From Moniliella sp. 'wahieum' (taxonomy: Eukaryota), in contig RSEE01000004.1 of NCBI GenBank assembly GCA_003971905.1, forward strand, positions 620,001 through 684,000: a DNA stretch of 64,000 nucleotides. Reading direction: 5' to 3'. Below, piece after piece: positions 1-11,637 of the stretch. Both the position numbers and the translations under genes were made by a program. Positions within the stretch are counted from its first letter, which is position 1. Each line of letters begins with the position of its first letter. The notes beneath the pieces are model-generated. The model worked only from the letters and a program-made list of their open reading frames with translations. It made no database searches and had not been told where the DNA came from.

Positions 1-2651
1 CAAACCAGCAATTGCTCAACTCGACGCAGCTGCCATAAAGCATCATGAGAAATGCTCGGGTCAGACGCACGTCGGCTGTTTGCTGAAGTGGTTTGAGCTG
101 CAGCTGCAACACCCGATGTCACTCGCTTAAATGTGGATAGTGAATCGCGGCAGGCGATCAGAACAAGGCGTACGACTTGCATATGCTCTGAATCTGTAGT
201 CGAGGCCGTGCGCGCAACCGAGTCAAAGCGATCCAAAGCACGAATCAGTCCTGTCATTGAAGTGCTCGCCACCTCAAGGATCTTGTGGAACTGGAGGGAG
301 ATGCGTTCGTCCAGGGTCAACGAAACGTACTGCTTCAACGCCGAGTGAATCTGACTTAGTGAGAAGAGGAGCCCGCGCGTCCCATCGACAAAACGCAAAA
401 CAGGAGTGGGAATCGTTTTGGTTGCCAGAGGCATAGGCATGGCCGAGAAACGCTTGAAGTACGAGTTGCGCTCTGTGTCGATAGACTTGCCTCGTCCATG
501 CGTTAAAGGGTTAGACGGTGTGGCAGAACGAACTTGAGTAACGGGAACGATCTTGCGGATCCCACTCGTATCCGATTCAGCCATGCTCCCTGTATGTGAG
601 TGATTAGAGATGGAGGATGGCAAGGTGGGTAAAGAAGGCGTGAAACCCATGGAGAGCAGTCGACTGACCGAGTCGGACGGGGAATGCGAGGTAGATGAGG
701 ATGTCGTAGCGCTTGAGGCCAAGCTCAACTTGCGTAGGCCTTGTGGCAGCTGTCGTGGGGGCGGGTGTGGATCGGGAGGTGGAGAACGAACGGAGTGAAT
801 CGAGGTAGAGTAAGGTGTCATATCAGGGACATCGGCCAAGGACTTGACCGATCCCCCTGCGCTATGACTCGACCCATGCAAAGATGAGGACGAAGAAGCG
901 GCACTGGGATGATGAGTATGCTCAGGGGCCAAGATGGCCTCGCCCATAGTGGGTGTGACCATTTGCTCGACCGCGTCATTTGTAAGAGATGCATCGGCCA
1001 ACTCCCCTGTTTGGGAGGGGTTGGGGTTCAATTGGAAAGGCTGAACTAGCGGACCCATCTTGACCAGCGAAGTGGGCGCGCGGACGTCGGGACTCGGGAA
1101 ATTGATCCTCCGATAATGATTTGCGCAATTCAGGCCCTGTAACTGGTTCCGGTCCAGGTGTAACGGGGCTCGAGTGGAAGTGCTAGAGGACAAAGAGACG
1201 ATGGAAGCTCCCCCTTGTGAACCTCCTACGTTCGGGTGTGCAGTCGGTGTAGATCCTAGTGGGGGAGTCGGCTCGGGTGGCTGATTCATCCCCATGCCGA
1301 TTGCGGCGGGGAAAGGCCCATCCCGAAGACGATTTAGGAAGACTGCCTGTCGATGTGGAGGAAATGCTAGACTCATTCCTCCTGTGGGCTCGGGAACGGG
1401 CCCAACGGGAAAATCCGAGACGGGGCACGGGGGAAGTGGGTCATCCAACGGGGAGTTGGCCAATTGGGTGAGGGTAGGTGGACCTTCACCCGGCGGAAAT
1501 TCCGGGGCTGGGGAAAAGGTGCCTCGATCCACTGATTGTGGGTGATTCCAAGGACGGGGTAGCAGTAGATGGTCGTGTTGGGGGTTGAATGGGAGGGATC
1601 AGAGCAGGTTCAGGTGTTTCCGAGGTTGGGGGAGGAGTGTAAAACCGCTCCCGCCAACACCATTGTCGATTGACTGGGACATGCCATGCTCCGTCTCAAA
1701 CGACTGAGACTTGTACGAGATGTGGCTGACGTACCCTCGGGAAGCGAGGAAACAGTACTCGAGATACTGGCTTGGGATGTCATGGCTACCGGTGCAGCAA
1801 AGGGGGATTTGCGCGCTGACTCGCCTCCTTTTGGGACTGGAGGGGGTGGGGGACGAGAGGGTAGAGCATGAGGTATATCGCGCGAATGAGAAGATCCATC
1901 GCGATCAGCTGTGATTGAAAACGAGGGTGTGAGCTCGCCAGCGAAGGGGAAAAAATGGAAGGGGGGACGTACAGCTTTGTTGTTGCTCGATCCAGTGCTG
2001 CAGATGGCGAATCCAGGGCACCATGGCCTGCTCTTCCTTGCGGCGTTTCTCGTCAGCGCGTTTGCGCATGAGAATAGAACGCTGACGGTCGGTCAAGGAA
2101 TCCGCATTTGGCGGAAGTGGGGGCTCGGGGGTAGCCGGAGAAGTAGGCAATGTGGCAATGGCGGGTGGAGGCCAAACCAGTGGGTTTCTCTCGATGCGCA
2201 AAATGCGCAGGTGGGACATACGAGCAATGTACGGGGGAAGTTGCTTAAGACGGTTGCTCGAAATGGAGAGAACGCGTAGGTTGAGAAGTGAGCCTGGGCG
2301 GCTGGGCATGGCTTTGATACGGTTGCGGCCAATGTCAAGGATTTCGAGGGCAGGGAGCTCGGTGATGACAGACGGGAATACAGTGAGGGCGTTTGCGCGG
2401 ATGTTGAGGTAGCGCAAACGGTCAGATCAGCAAAGCGGGAGGGAGAGACGAGATGTGGTTGTAGCCGAGAGCGAGGCGAAGAACGTGGGGCTGCATCTGC
2501 TCGATGAGGTGGGCGAGACGTGCTTGAGCTTGCGGTTGCACAGGTCGATTGTGTCGCTGGCGCCGTCTGGCAGGAGATCCTCATCGTCTGCGGGTGGCAG
2601 GGACGCGGTGGACGCGACACTCTGTGCGGTGGCGGGCGATGCGCCCGACAT
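1..2651 (-). CDS. SOG2: Leucine-rich-repeat RAM-network protein, Sog2-like (C-terminus runs off the left edge; introns and frameshifts)
   Basis: N-terminal LRRs (LRYLNIRANALTVFPSVITELPALEILDIGRNRIK...LRILRIERNPLVWPP, 1905-2417 ORF). The minus strand at 1-380 reads FSLSQIHSALKQYVSLTLDERISLQFHKILEVA...LIRALDRFD and LQLQLKPLQQTADVRLTRAFLMMLYGSCVELSNCW, resembling the SOG2 domain. Start ATG at 2651 is tentative. Confidence 0.8.
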
Positions 2652-3135
2652 GGCGAGGGGCGGGACCGAGGTGGTGGTGGGGGTGGGGGTGGCTCGGCAG
2701 GGCGCCACAGGCAGGGTGGCAGGCGGCTTACGTACTGTGCTGGTGCCTGGCACTGGCACTGGCGGGGTGCTGGTGCTGGGCGGCTGCTGGGTGCTGCCTG
2801 CCGCTAACGGAGCGACCCGCGGTTGTCCGTCGCAGGCGGCATTCAGCGGTCGACGCACGTGACGTGACTAGACTAGGCTACTAGCACTGCTGTTCTGGTT
2901 TGCGGGGGCAGCAGCTGAAATTTCAGGCGGACGCTCGATGCCCGATGCAAAAGCCATGCGCTGCTTCTGCTCCGGCGCTTGAAGCTTCAATTGAAGCTCC
3001 AAGCCTCATCGATCTTCAACCATTCCAGCTTCAGCTCAGGCTTCAACTTCAACTTCAGCTTCAAGGCCCGACGTGAGCGCGCCAGCCGGAAGCCAAGGCC
3101 AACCAGAGCTCACCATCTTCTACCCTCCCGCTGTC

Positions 3136-3979
3136 ATGGCGATGCGTGCCTTCGCACCCCGCGCTTCCATTGTCCGCGCATCCCTCCTTCCACACCCCTG
3201 CGATGCTCGCTCGGACCTCCGCTTCTCCGCCCACTGAGCCCCGGCGCGCCCCATTGCTGTCCCTGCCACCCGCCCTCGCATCCTCTCGGCCCACCAGCCC
3301 AGCCTTTCGCCTCTGCATCTCGCCCGTGCTCACTACAGCACCTCCATCCCAACGCTGTCGTCGCTTCCATCCACACCCACACGCGTCTTCTTCTACGAAG
3401 CCGCCGACGCCCGATGAGGACGAGGCCAAGCCCCGAACAGTCAAAGAAAAACTCAAGTTTCTGTCCAAGCGATACGGCTGGTGGGCTCTGTTCGTCTACA
3501 TGCTCCTCTCCGCTGTCGATCTAAGCGGGATCTTCCTCTTGGTGCACACTCTTGGAGCTGAACATATCCGCAGCCTCGAACATTCCTTCCGTACCCTCAT
3601 TGGCTGGGAAAAAGACGAGAAGGACGAGCAAGCTACCGCCAAGCAGGTCGGCGCAGTCACTCACCTTCTCGGCATTGAGGGCGGAAACGCCGAGCCGGGG
3701 GCTGCGAACAACGCCCCTGCTCGCCAGGCAGCTGACGCTGGCACGGCTACCACTTCGCACGGTGCCGTCAACTCCACCATCTGGGCCGAATTCGTGTTGG
3801 CATACACGATTCACAAGACTCTCTTCCTCCCGGTTCGCGTTATGGCTACTGCTGCCGTCCTGCCTAGCTTTGTTCGCCTCATGGTTCGTTGGGGCCTGGC
3901 CAAGCCTGCTGCTCAAGTCCGGCAGGCGGCTGTCAAGAGCAAAGCGAAAGCGGCAGCTGCGGCAGCAACCAAAAAGTAA
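3136..3979 (+). CDS. DUF1279/FAM210-like putative mitochondrial membrane protein
   Basis: KEKLKFLSKRYGWWALFVYMLLSAVD...WAEFVLAYTIHKTLFLPVRVMATAAVLPSFVR is typical of DUF1279. An Arg/Ala-rich presequence-like start (MAMRAFAPRASIVRAS) at 3136 needs one frameshift. Confidence 0.75.
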
Positions 3980-4129
3980 TACACCCTTTCTCGTCTATCT
4001 CAGTAGACTCTGGGGAGTTTACTTGTCGTTACACTACTTTTTTTGTTCGAATCCAAATGTTGCGTTTGGATTCCATTGCTACATTCACGCACGCGCACGG
4101 TACTCCTTGACTGTAGAAAGCGTGTGGCG

Positions 4130-4660
4130 TCAGCAGATGAAGCACAAATCCATGGCAGGAGACACACCTTTGTACACAAAGTTGACCAAGATGGCGATGA
4201 AAATGGCAGCGCAAATGAGGGGAGGACCAATCAAGTCATCCAGGGGTCCAGGGTACTTGCGTTTGATGAGCGAGACACGGCGATGGTAGTTGGACAGTCC
4301 CCAAAGTGTCGAAACCGCAATGAGAACGTAGACCGAACCAAATGTGCGGATAAAGGTGCTGTCGACTGGCTTGTAGGGCGAGGGGATCGGCTCCACACCA
4401 GGCTCCGACGGAAGCGAGTCGTCAGGCGCATGCTCAAAGAACGAAGCCGAGTTGAGCATTGCCAGGGCAAACGAGCCGATCAGGAGGGAGGCCCGGAGCC
4501 ATGCAATCCACGTCCGCTCGTTGGCAAACCACACCTTGGCCTCAATCTTGGCTGGGCTGGGCTGCGGCTTCTTGGAAGGACGGCGGCGGGGAGCAGTGGC
4601 ACCGTATGAGCTGCTCTCCCCGTTTTGCACCAGAGGCGCGCGCTCAGAAGTGGAAGCCAT
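4130..4660 (-). CDS. VTC1: Vacuolar transporter chaperone Vtc1-like (DUF202)
   Basis: KIEAKVWFANERTWIAWLRASLLIGSFALAMLN motif, three hydrophobic segments and GPLDDLIGPPLIC. The 3' end is uncertain. Confidence 0.75.
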   Translation of the reverse strand: MASTSERAPLVQNGESSSYGATAPRRRPSKKPQPSPAKIEAKVWFANERTWIAWLRASLLIGSFALAMLNSASFFEHAPDDSLPSEPGVEPIPSPYKPVDSTFIRTFGSVYVLIAVSTLWGLSNYHRRVSLIKRKYPGPLDDLIGPPLICAAIFIAILVNFVYKGVSPAMDLCFIC

Positions 4661-5240
4661 GGCCGCTGGTAGTGTGAAGAGGCGAGCGGGGGTAGCCACA
4701 GCGAGAGATGGTGCAAAAAGAGCAAGGTAGACTGAACTGAACTCCAGCGGGCAGGGCGTGATTACGTAACTTGGTGGGTAGCCCACGTGCGCCAACTCCA
4801 TGCGTCCTTCGCGTCACAGGAACTGCGCCCAGGTGGCGGGGCGTTGCAATATTGCATTTCTGTGCAGGGGCGGGACCGGTGGTGGGCGACGGAAACTTGA
4901 TCTGAAATCTGAAATTTCATTGGTCGGGCTGGACACAGTCGTTTCGAAGTCGTGATTTCCGAGGTTATACCAAGGTCTGCCAAACACGATCTCATCATCG
5001 TCCTCGTCCTCTTCCTCGCCAGCAACGGCCTCAGCCACCTCAAGCGTACAATCCCAATGTTCGCCCCACCCCATCCGGACATCTACTCTGAACCTGATGA
5101 GCAGGTGCCGCGTTGCGTGACCAATCGTCGCTACTCCGCGACTGGCTTAGACCGCGATTGCATTGCCCTCGAGGACCATCACAGGACTCCAGGTTTCACC
5201 AGCTACCTCGGTCCCCTTTGTCCCGTCTCATGATTTTATT

Positions 5241-5868
5241 CTACACCTGCCCCCAGGACCAACGTGGGCGTCCAAACTCCGTACGCTGCCGAGCTGGAAG
5301 CGAATGATCATTTAGTTTCCAACTCCCCTTATTTGCCTCCCACGGCGTGTCGATGATCGTCTTGCCCTCCCAGGGGGCACACAGCCTATGGCCAGCTTTT
5401 TCCGCTTTGGCGAGAGACCATGCCACCCAGAAGAGAAGACACAAACGGCGCCAAACGCTCGTTCAGGCCCAAGCTCAATCCAAAAGTCTCAGCCGAAGGA
5501 CCAAAGTGAGCGATGTGTAAACAGATGCGGATTGAGAGGATAGTCAGGAGGATAGCATGGATGAAGACATATATATCAACTCTTATCCCGGCCCCAATGA
5601 AGCATTTGGGTTCGCTGTACCTGACTCTAGTGCGCTCGAAGAAGAGGTGACGATCAGTCCAACTGAACAGCGGGTACGCTCGCGCTGGGTGGCGCACCGA
5701 GTTGAGCATTGTAACAAAGAGGATGTGTCCTGCAACGAGTGCCCCGAGCACGAAGAGTTGGACGGACCAGGTGCGATTTGCCCAGTGGACCACTGGTTTT
5801 GCCCGGGAGTGATTCGGGGGAGCAGCAGAACTGAGATACTCCATTGCCTTTGGGTACACTCTCCCCAT
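5241..5868 (-). CDS. Hypothetical membrane protein (possibly two ORFs joined by a frameshift)
   Basis: ORFs 5386-5868 and 5241-5444 overlap and contain about three hydrophobic stretches. No recognised family. Confidence 0.3.
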
Positions 5869-6098
5869 CGTAACCGGTCACCGGCAACCAACATGTCTCG
5901 TGTCTACAAGAGAATGCCGCCTGACCCGCTATGTACCCTACTACGTTTAATACCAAACTGGGTGCAGGAGAATGCATGAGTAACCACCCCCACAATGCGG
6001 AGAGACAACCCGCTTGGGGGCGAGCAAGCATAGCGTCTCTCCCCATGCACGGGGATGAGAACGTGCGGCACGCACGGTTTTGAGGGCCAAGCGGGTGC

Positions 6099-6727
6099 TT
6101 AGACCTTGAAGCCACGCGACTTGCGGCGGCCACGGGCCATCTCGCGCTTGCGCGACTTGCCGTTGCCACGCACGTAGGGCTTAGCGTTGGAGTGAGGGCC
6201 CATGCCAAAGTGCTTGACGGCCTCGCGCGCGTTCTTAGGGCCGCGGATGAGCACCACGTTCTTGCCCGTGGGGGCACGCAGGGCAAGCTGGTCAAAGGTG
6301 AGAGCTTCGCCACCGGAAGCCAGGATACGAGCACGGGCCGTCTTGGTGAAACGCAGGGCGGCGACCGAAACCCGGGGGACCTCGAGCAGACGGTTGTCGT
6401 CGGTGATGGTGCCCACCACGGCGACCGTCTTGGCGTCCGCGCCGGTCGTGCCAGCGTTGCGCGTAAGGTAAATCAGACGCGACAAGGAGACGGAGGACGG
6501 TTGACCTTGCTCATATACAGGCGCTTAAGGATGGCCTTGTTGAACTTGCTCCCCGAGCGGCGAGCAAGGTAACGGTAGAGCTTGACCAAAAGCAGGAGGT
6601 AAGGGTCCTCCGACTTGGGGGCCGTGCGGTTGCCCTTCTTGACGTGCTTCTTCGCGATATCCACACCCTGCACACACAAGAGTCAGTCAACAGTACGCTC
6701 ACCACGGCCAAGGGCTCTGCTTACCAT
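6099..6727 (-). CDS. RPL18: 60S ribosomal protein L18 (eL18)
   Basis: ATG (6727-6725), intron 6724-6668 (GTAAG...CAG), then [37 protein letters not shown]...[12 protein letters not shown]. One apparent 1-bp deletion near 6490. Confidence 0.97.
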
Positions 6728-7039
6728 CTTGTTGGCCTTGGTGGTTGCTGCTCCCTACGTGCGAAGGCGACTTGGCTGGGACTGGCGGCGGCGAAACCGG
6801 CAGCGGGCAAGGGCACGAGCAGGGTTGCAAAATGACTGCGGCGCACACTGGCCTAGTGGCTCCGCTCGCAGTTTTTAAATCCAGGCGGAATAACTTGTGT
6901 AGGGTTGACGCTCGTCTTTACGTTCTGCTGCGAAGCAGTAGGGTTGATGCTGGCTCAGACTGTTGCTTTTGTTGGGGGGGGGGCGCGGGCTACGGGTTGC
7001 TTCGCTTTGTGCGACCGACACTCGATCCAGCCAACCAAG

Positions 7040-8109
7040 ATGGAAGTCGATGAACCGATGCGTGGCCGCAGTGCCACCCGCTCCCCGACGCCGGTTGCGC
7101 GTTCTGCCTCTGCTCACAGCGATGCGGACCGCACCGCTCGGCGTCGCAGCCCCTCCCGGAGTCGGAGCCGCAGTCGTAGCCCCGCCCGCGCCGACGCGCG
7201 TCGCTCGCCTAGCCCGGCGCGCTACCGCGACGACTCGCCCCCGCGTCGTTACGGGGGCCGCCACAGCGACCGTTATGGCGGATACCGCTACGGTGGACGG
7301 GACCGGTACGGCGGTGACCGGTATGGTGGCGACCGGTATGGTGGCGATCGATATGGTGGTGACCGGTACGGTGGTGACCGGTACGGTGGTGACCGGTACG
7401 GCGGTGATCGGTACGGCGGCTCACGCCGTGAGCGTCGTGCGAACGATGGTGTGCAGGGTCCTCCGCCGGCCAAGCCGCGCTCGGCCCCTCAGAATGTCGA
7501 GGCGAACGAGGTGGGGGCGTGTTCGGGCTGAGTTTGATGACGACCGAGCGAGAGCTGCGGGAGAAGTTTGAGTCGGTTGCGCCTGTGACCAAGGTGGCTT
7601 TGGTGTTTGATGCTCGCTCGGGCCGTTCGCGCGGCTTTGCGTTCATCACGATGGAGACTGTGGAGGGCGCGACGAAGGTGGTGGAGGAGCTGAATGGGTA
7701 CACCATGAATGGTCGCGCGATGCGGGTCGACTATAGCTCGACGCGCAAGCCCCACGAGCCCACCCCGGGCGAATATCGTGGCATCACTCGTGATGCGCCG
7801 CCGGGCGGGTGGAATTACCGCGGGCCTGTCGCCTCGCGTAACTCTCGTCGTTCCCTCGCCCCAGCGAACTCGGGCGGCGAAGGGTACTATCGCTCTCAAG
7901 CTCGGGCCTGGGGCGCCGGCCGCGACGACTGGCGCTCGCGTGCCGGCCGGGATCGGGATGACGATTATGGTCGTCGCCCGTCCCCTCCGTCGAGGCGGTA
8001 CTCGCGTTCCCCCTCCCCCCGTCGCTCGCCCCCCCCGCGCGGCGATTCGCCCCGTCGCTTCCGCAGCCAGAGCTACGAAGGCGCAAGCACCCCCCCTCAA
8101 GGATGGTAA
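7040..8109 (+). CDS. Transformer-2-like SR/RRM splicing factor
   Basis: RS-rich N- and C-terminal regions flank one RRM (GVFGLS...DARSGRSRGFAFITMETVEGA...RVDYSSTRKPHEPTPGEYRG, a Tra2-type linker). Frameshift near 7512. Confidence 0.85.
7286..7420 (+). repeat. 15-bp coding tandem repeat encoding (GGDRY)n, about 8 copies
   Basis: GGTGACCGGTACGGT-like units directly visible inside the Tra2-like ORF. Confidence 0.95.
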
Positions 8110-8869
8110 CTTCCATCTCTTGGACATGTCCCTTTCCCTTTAGCCTTCCGTCCCTTCACAAGCGGCGAGGATGGTGGAGGTGGTGGGAACATGTCCCCAA
8201 ACAAATGACCTTGTCAGACCTTGCTCGTGAATTGAGCCAAAATTGTTCTCTTTTCTGTTTGTCTACCGTGCCTTGATGCCGGCTAAAAACCCATTTTGCC
8301 CCGAGCCAAGACTTTGATCAACGTTTACCAAGTATATGAGAGGAAGGACCGACAAGGCCCAGCATGCTCCAAGCCTGTCCACTTGGTGCATGCAAGATGA
8401 TCGATGAGCCTCAATGGCGAGAAAGGGAGAATGGGACCGGGAAGAAAGTGGTGCGCATGCTGTTTACGCTGCTCCAAGGTGAACGGTCAAGACAGTCAAG
8501 ACCACAAGACAGAATCGCGACAGCAGGGGTGGGACGGGTGGGTGGGTGGGTGGGGGAGACAAGATGAAAGCGGATGGGCGGACGGGGCGTGTTTGACCTT
8601 CAAAGACTAGGATCGATGGTGGGCGATGGGCGATGCCTGGCCGAAGAGGCGGGTGAGGGACTTTGACTTGAGGAACTGACCAGTGTGATTTGGGATTTGG
8701 AACAGGTTGTGACGAGGACTGGGTGACTGACGGAGGTCGCACTTCCACATTGCCAAGAGGGGAATTGAATGGAGTAATAGACCAACAGCTGGGTGGAGAT
8801 GGATGGAGTGATGCATACTGAGGGAAGGGGATGGGGTGTGTATAATAGCAGGCGACACATTATGGTAAC

Positions 8870-10800
8870 GACACATTACATGATGGTCGAGCGCATGACA
8901 GCGCCAGGCGGGGAGAACGATGGGAAATGGGCGACTTCAGCCACGTCGCCATGCTCGACTTTACCAACGCGTTCAACACTGTGCGCCGTCGCACACTCGC
9001 CAAGGCGCTCCATGCCTACGCCCCCCACCTCCTCACCTTGGGCCGGTGGATCTATGGTTCCCCCACCCAGCTTTGGGTTGCGTCGGGCGGAAATGAGACC
9101 AGCGTCCTGTCGGCAGAGGGGCGTGCGGCAGGGCGACCCCCTCGCCCCCTTTTCTTCTCCATCGCAGTGCGGCCCACGCTAGAGCGAATTGAGCATTGCT
9201 CTGCCGCCGGGGCACCTGGTGATGGCATACCTGGACGACATTACCATTTTCGGTCCAGAGCCAGGCATTACCGGCCAAGCTGCGGAGATTTTGGAAGACG
9301 ACGCGTCAGGCCTCAAGCTCAACCTGCGCAAGTGCGTCGAGCGGGACCGGGACCAGATCCGGGAGGATGGTCTGCAGGTTCTGGGCACTTGTGTGGGAGG
9401 GGTAGACTGTCGTCGATCGTGGCTCCGGGCCCAACTGGCCAGTCTGAGGGAGAACATGCCTAAGTTTGATGGCATCACCCGCCAGGGACGCCTCTTACTA
9501 TGGCGGCTCAGCACTCAGACCAAGCTGCGCCACCTGCTCCGCACCATGCAGATGGAAGGAGAGCTAGACGAAGTGCTGGCCGAGATCGATGCCTTCATCT
9601 GTACGGAGTTCAGACGGATCCGGGGCGACGAGGATCCCCAAGGTGCCAAGGACGACCACTTCGACATGCTCATGAGCCTGCCTCTCCGGCTAGGAGGATG
9701 CGGCAGCCCGCTTTACTCGTATATCGCGCCCCACGCCCGTGCCGCGGCCAACGAGGTCAACGACTATCTTATTACCACTTATGTTGACCGTTCGGGACCG
9801 CAAACGGCAGAGGCCAACGCATTTACGAAGCAACGCCAGCGCTGCCGCGAGATGTGGGAGAAAAGTCGACAGGAGCTGCTCCAGAAGCTGGACGCTGCCG
9901 ATGGTCGTCACGTGGTTGAGCACAGCAACCCGCTGAGCCACAACTGGCTCTCCGCCATTCCGTCCGTCCCATACCTCAGGCTCTCCGACCAGCAGGTCCA
10001 GGTTGGTCTCCAGCTCCGCACGCTGTGCCGCACCACGCGCAGCATGTGCAAGTGCGGTGTCATGTCCTCGCTGGAGCACATCATGTATTGCACTCGCTCC
10101 CAGGCCAAGTTTGGAGCGTTGCATGACGCAGTGCGGGAGCCCATTCTCCAGCTCCTACGCTCCATTCCCGACACCCATGTCCACAACGAACCAATGGTGG
10201 AGGACGAGGATGGCCGGAGACAGAGGACACAGCGCACTGACTACCGCGTGATGGGACCCGGAGCACTGGGAGGATCAGGAATGGAGGTCGACCACACGCT
10301 GCGCGACACGGGATCACTGGCAGCGCAGAGCGCGTTCCGGAGGGTGGTGCACGCGAGCACCGCAACCCCCTTGGAACGCCGGGAGAAGGAGCTGCTTCGG
10401 ATGCTTGAACAAGCAGAATGCGAGAAGAACGCCAAGTACCAGGGACGCACTCAAGAGACGTTTTTCCCCCTGGTTTTGACGACGCGAGGATACTACGGCA
10501 CCAAGACGGCGAGCAAGTTGTTTGCGCATTGGAAGGAGTTGGCTACTAAGTCTCAGTGGAAATGGTTCCTCGCTCGGATGTCAACCACGTTCCTCCGTGT
10601 CCATACGCGCTTCCTAGGGTACGGGACCGGATGGCATGAGCCGGAGGGTCCTGATATCCTGGCGATCCCCCTGGTTCCTTGACCCTGGTGGCGCCCCTAA
10701 GTAACCCCCGCAAGATGAACGGTTAGGTTTAGACGTAGCGTTCCCCCTGTCCCAGCCTTCTTAAGTCTGCCAATGAAATGGATGTTACAACGGGGTTCCT
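8870..10800 (+). mobile_element. 5'-truncated non-LTR retrotransposon with restriction-like endonuclease (CRE/Cnl1/MoTeR-like)
   Basis: RT motifs LDFTNAFNTV, GVRQGDPLAP and AYLDDIT, plus LSLPLRLGGCG. Zinc knuckle CKCGVMSSLEHIMYC. REL motifs LHDAVRE, HNEP, RTD, VDHT, KNAKY, FFPLVLTTRG. Stop at 10682. Boundaries approximate; no TSD seen. Confidence 0.88.
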
Positions 10801-11637
10801 GCTACTAGGTTGAAGCCAGAAGCTTGATTGAGATACACTTTCTAGATAGTGGAGTATCGGTTGAACCATCGGTGTACCAGGGAAAGCACTGGGGCAGCCC
10901 AGATCGCCCCGAGGCGGCGGGATGGGCTTGTGCGCTGCTGTGCGTTGCTGTGCCAGCCATGTGTTCGCTGCAGTTCAAACGCAAACAGAGCTGCCGAGCC
11001 GCCCTGATCGATGATCGCAAGCACGGCCACACACGCCTCGTGGCAGCACCCGCCTGCCCCCAGCGGGGCCCAATCGCAGGTGGCCTGCGCTCTGGTGCCG
11101 GGCGCCCGCGGATCGATCGCTGCTCGTGCTGCTCGTACCAGGCGGCAGGGCGGGGCAGCTGTGCTCGGCTGCACACACACACACACACCCGCCACCGCAC
11201 TGCCTCCGTGGCAGGGCGGTGGCCCATGCACACTGCACTGGCCCACACAGGCCCCTTGGCGATGACGTATGTCGTGTACAGTGCGAGGCTTCAAGCTAGT
11301 CAAGCCGGAGTAGCCCGCACCACCCGTGTCCGCGCAGCACGGAGGCACTGGCAAAGCGAAAGAAGGAGGTTGCATCGGTGATCTTATCACAGATCATCAA
11401 GTGATCGAGTGATCGCGCCCAGCCGAGGGCCTGTGTCGGACTTCCAGGGCTGCCGCAGCTGAGACACGCCGCTTTGCTCTCCAAAAAGCGTCAAGCTTCA
11501 AGCGCCAAGCTTCAAGCGGCAGCTTCCCCAGACGTTCAGCGCACTCAGCTCCTGTGAATTCGGCACCTTGGCAGCACCACCCACCTACTCCGCACCCCCA
11601 CCACCCCTGCCGTCGCCCTCCCTCCTCCCCGTCCAGC

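Noticed and set aside
8464..8876. Small minus-strand gene beside the non-LTR insertion (TATA-like element, short ORFs)
   Set aside because: No recognisable protein and ambiguous frames; cannot be supported.
10720..10732. GGTTAGGTTTAG as a telomeric target remnant
   Set aside because: Not a TTAGGG array, and it appears to lie within the presumed 3'UTR of the element.
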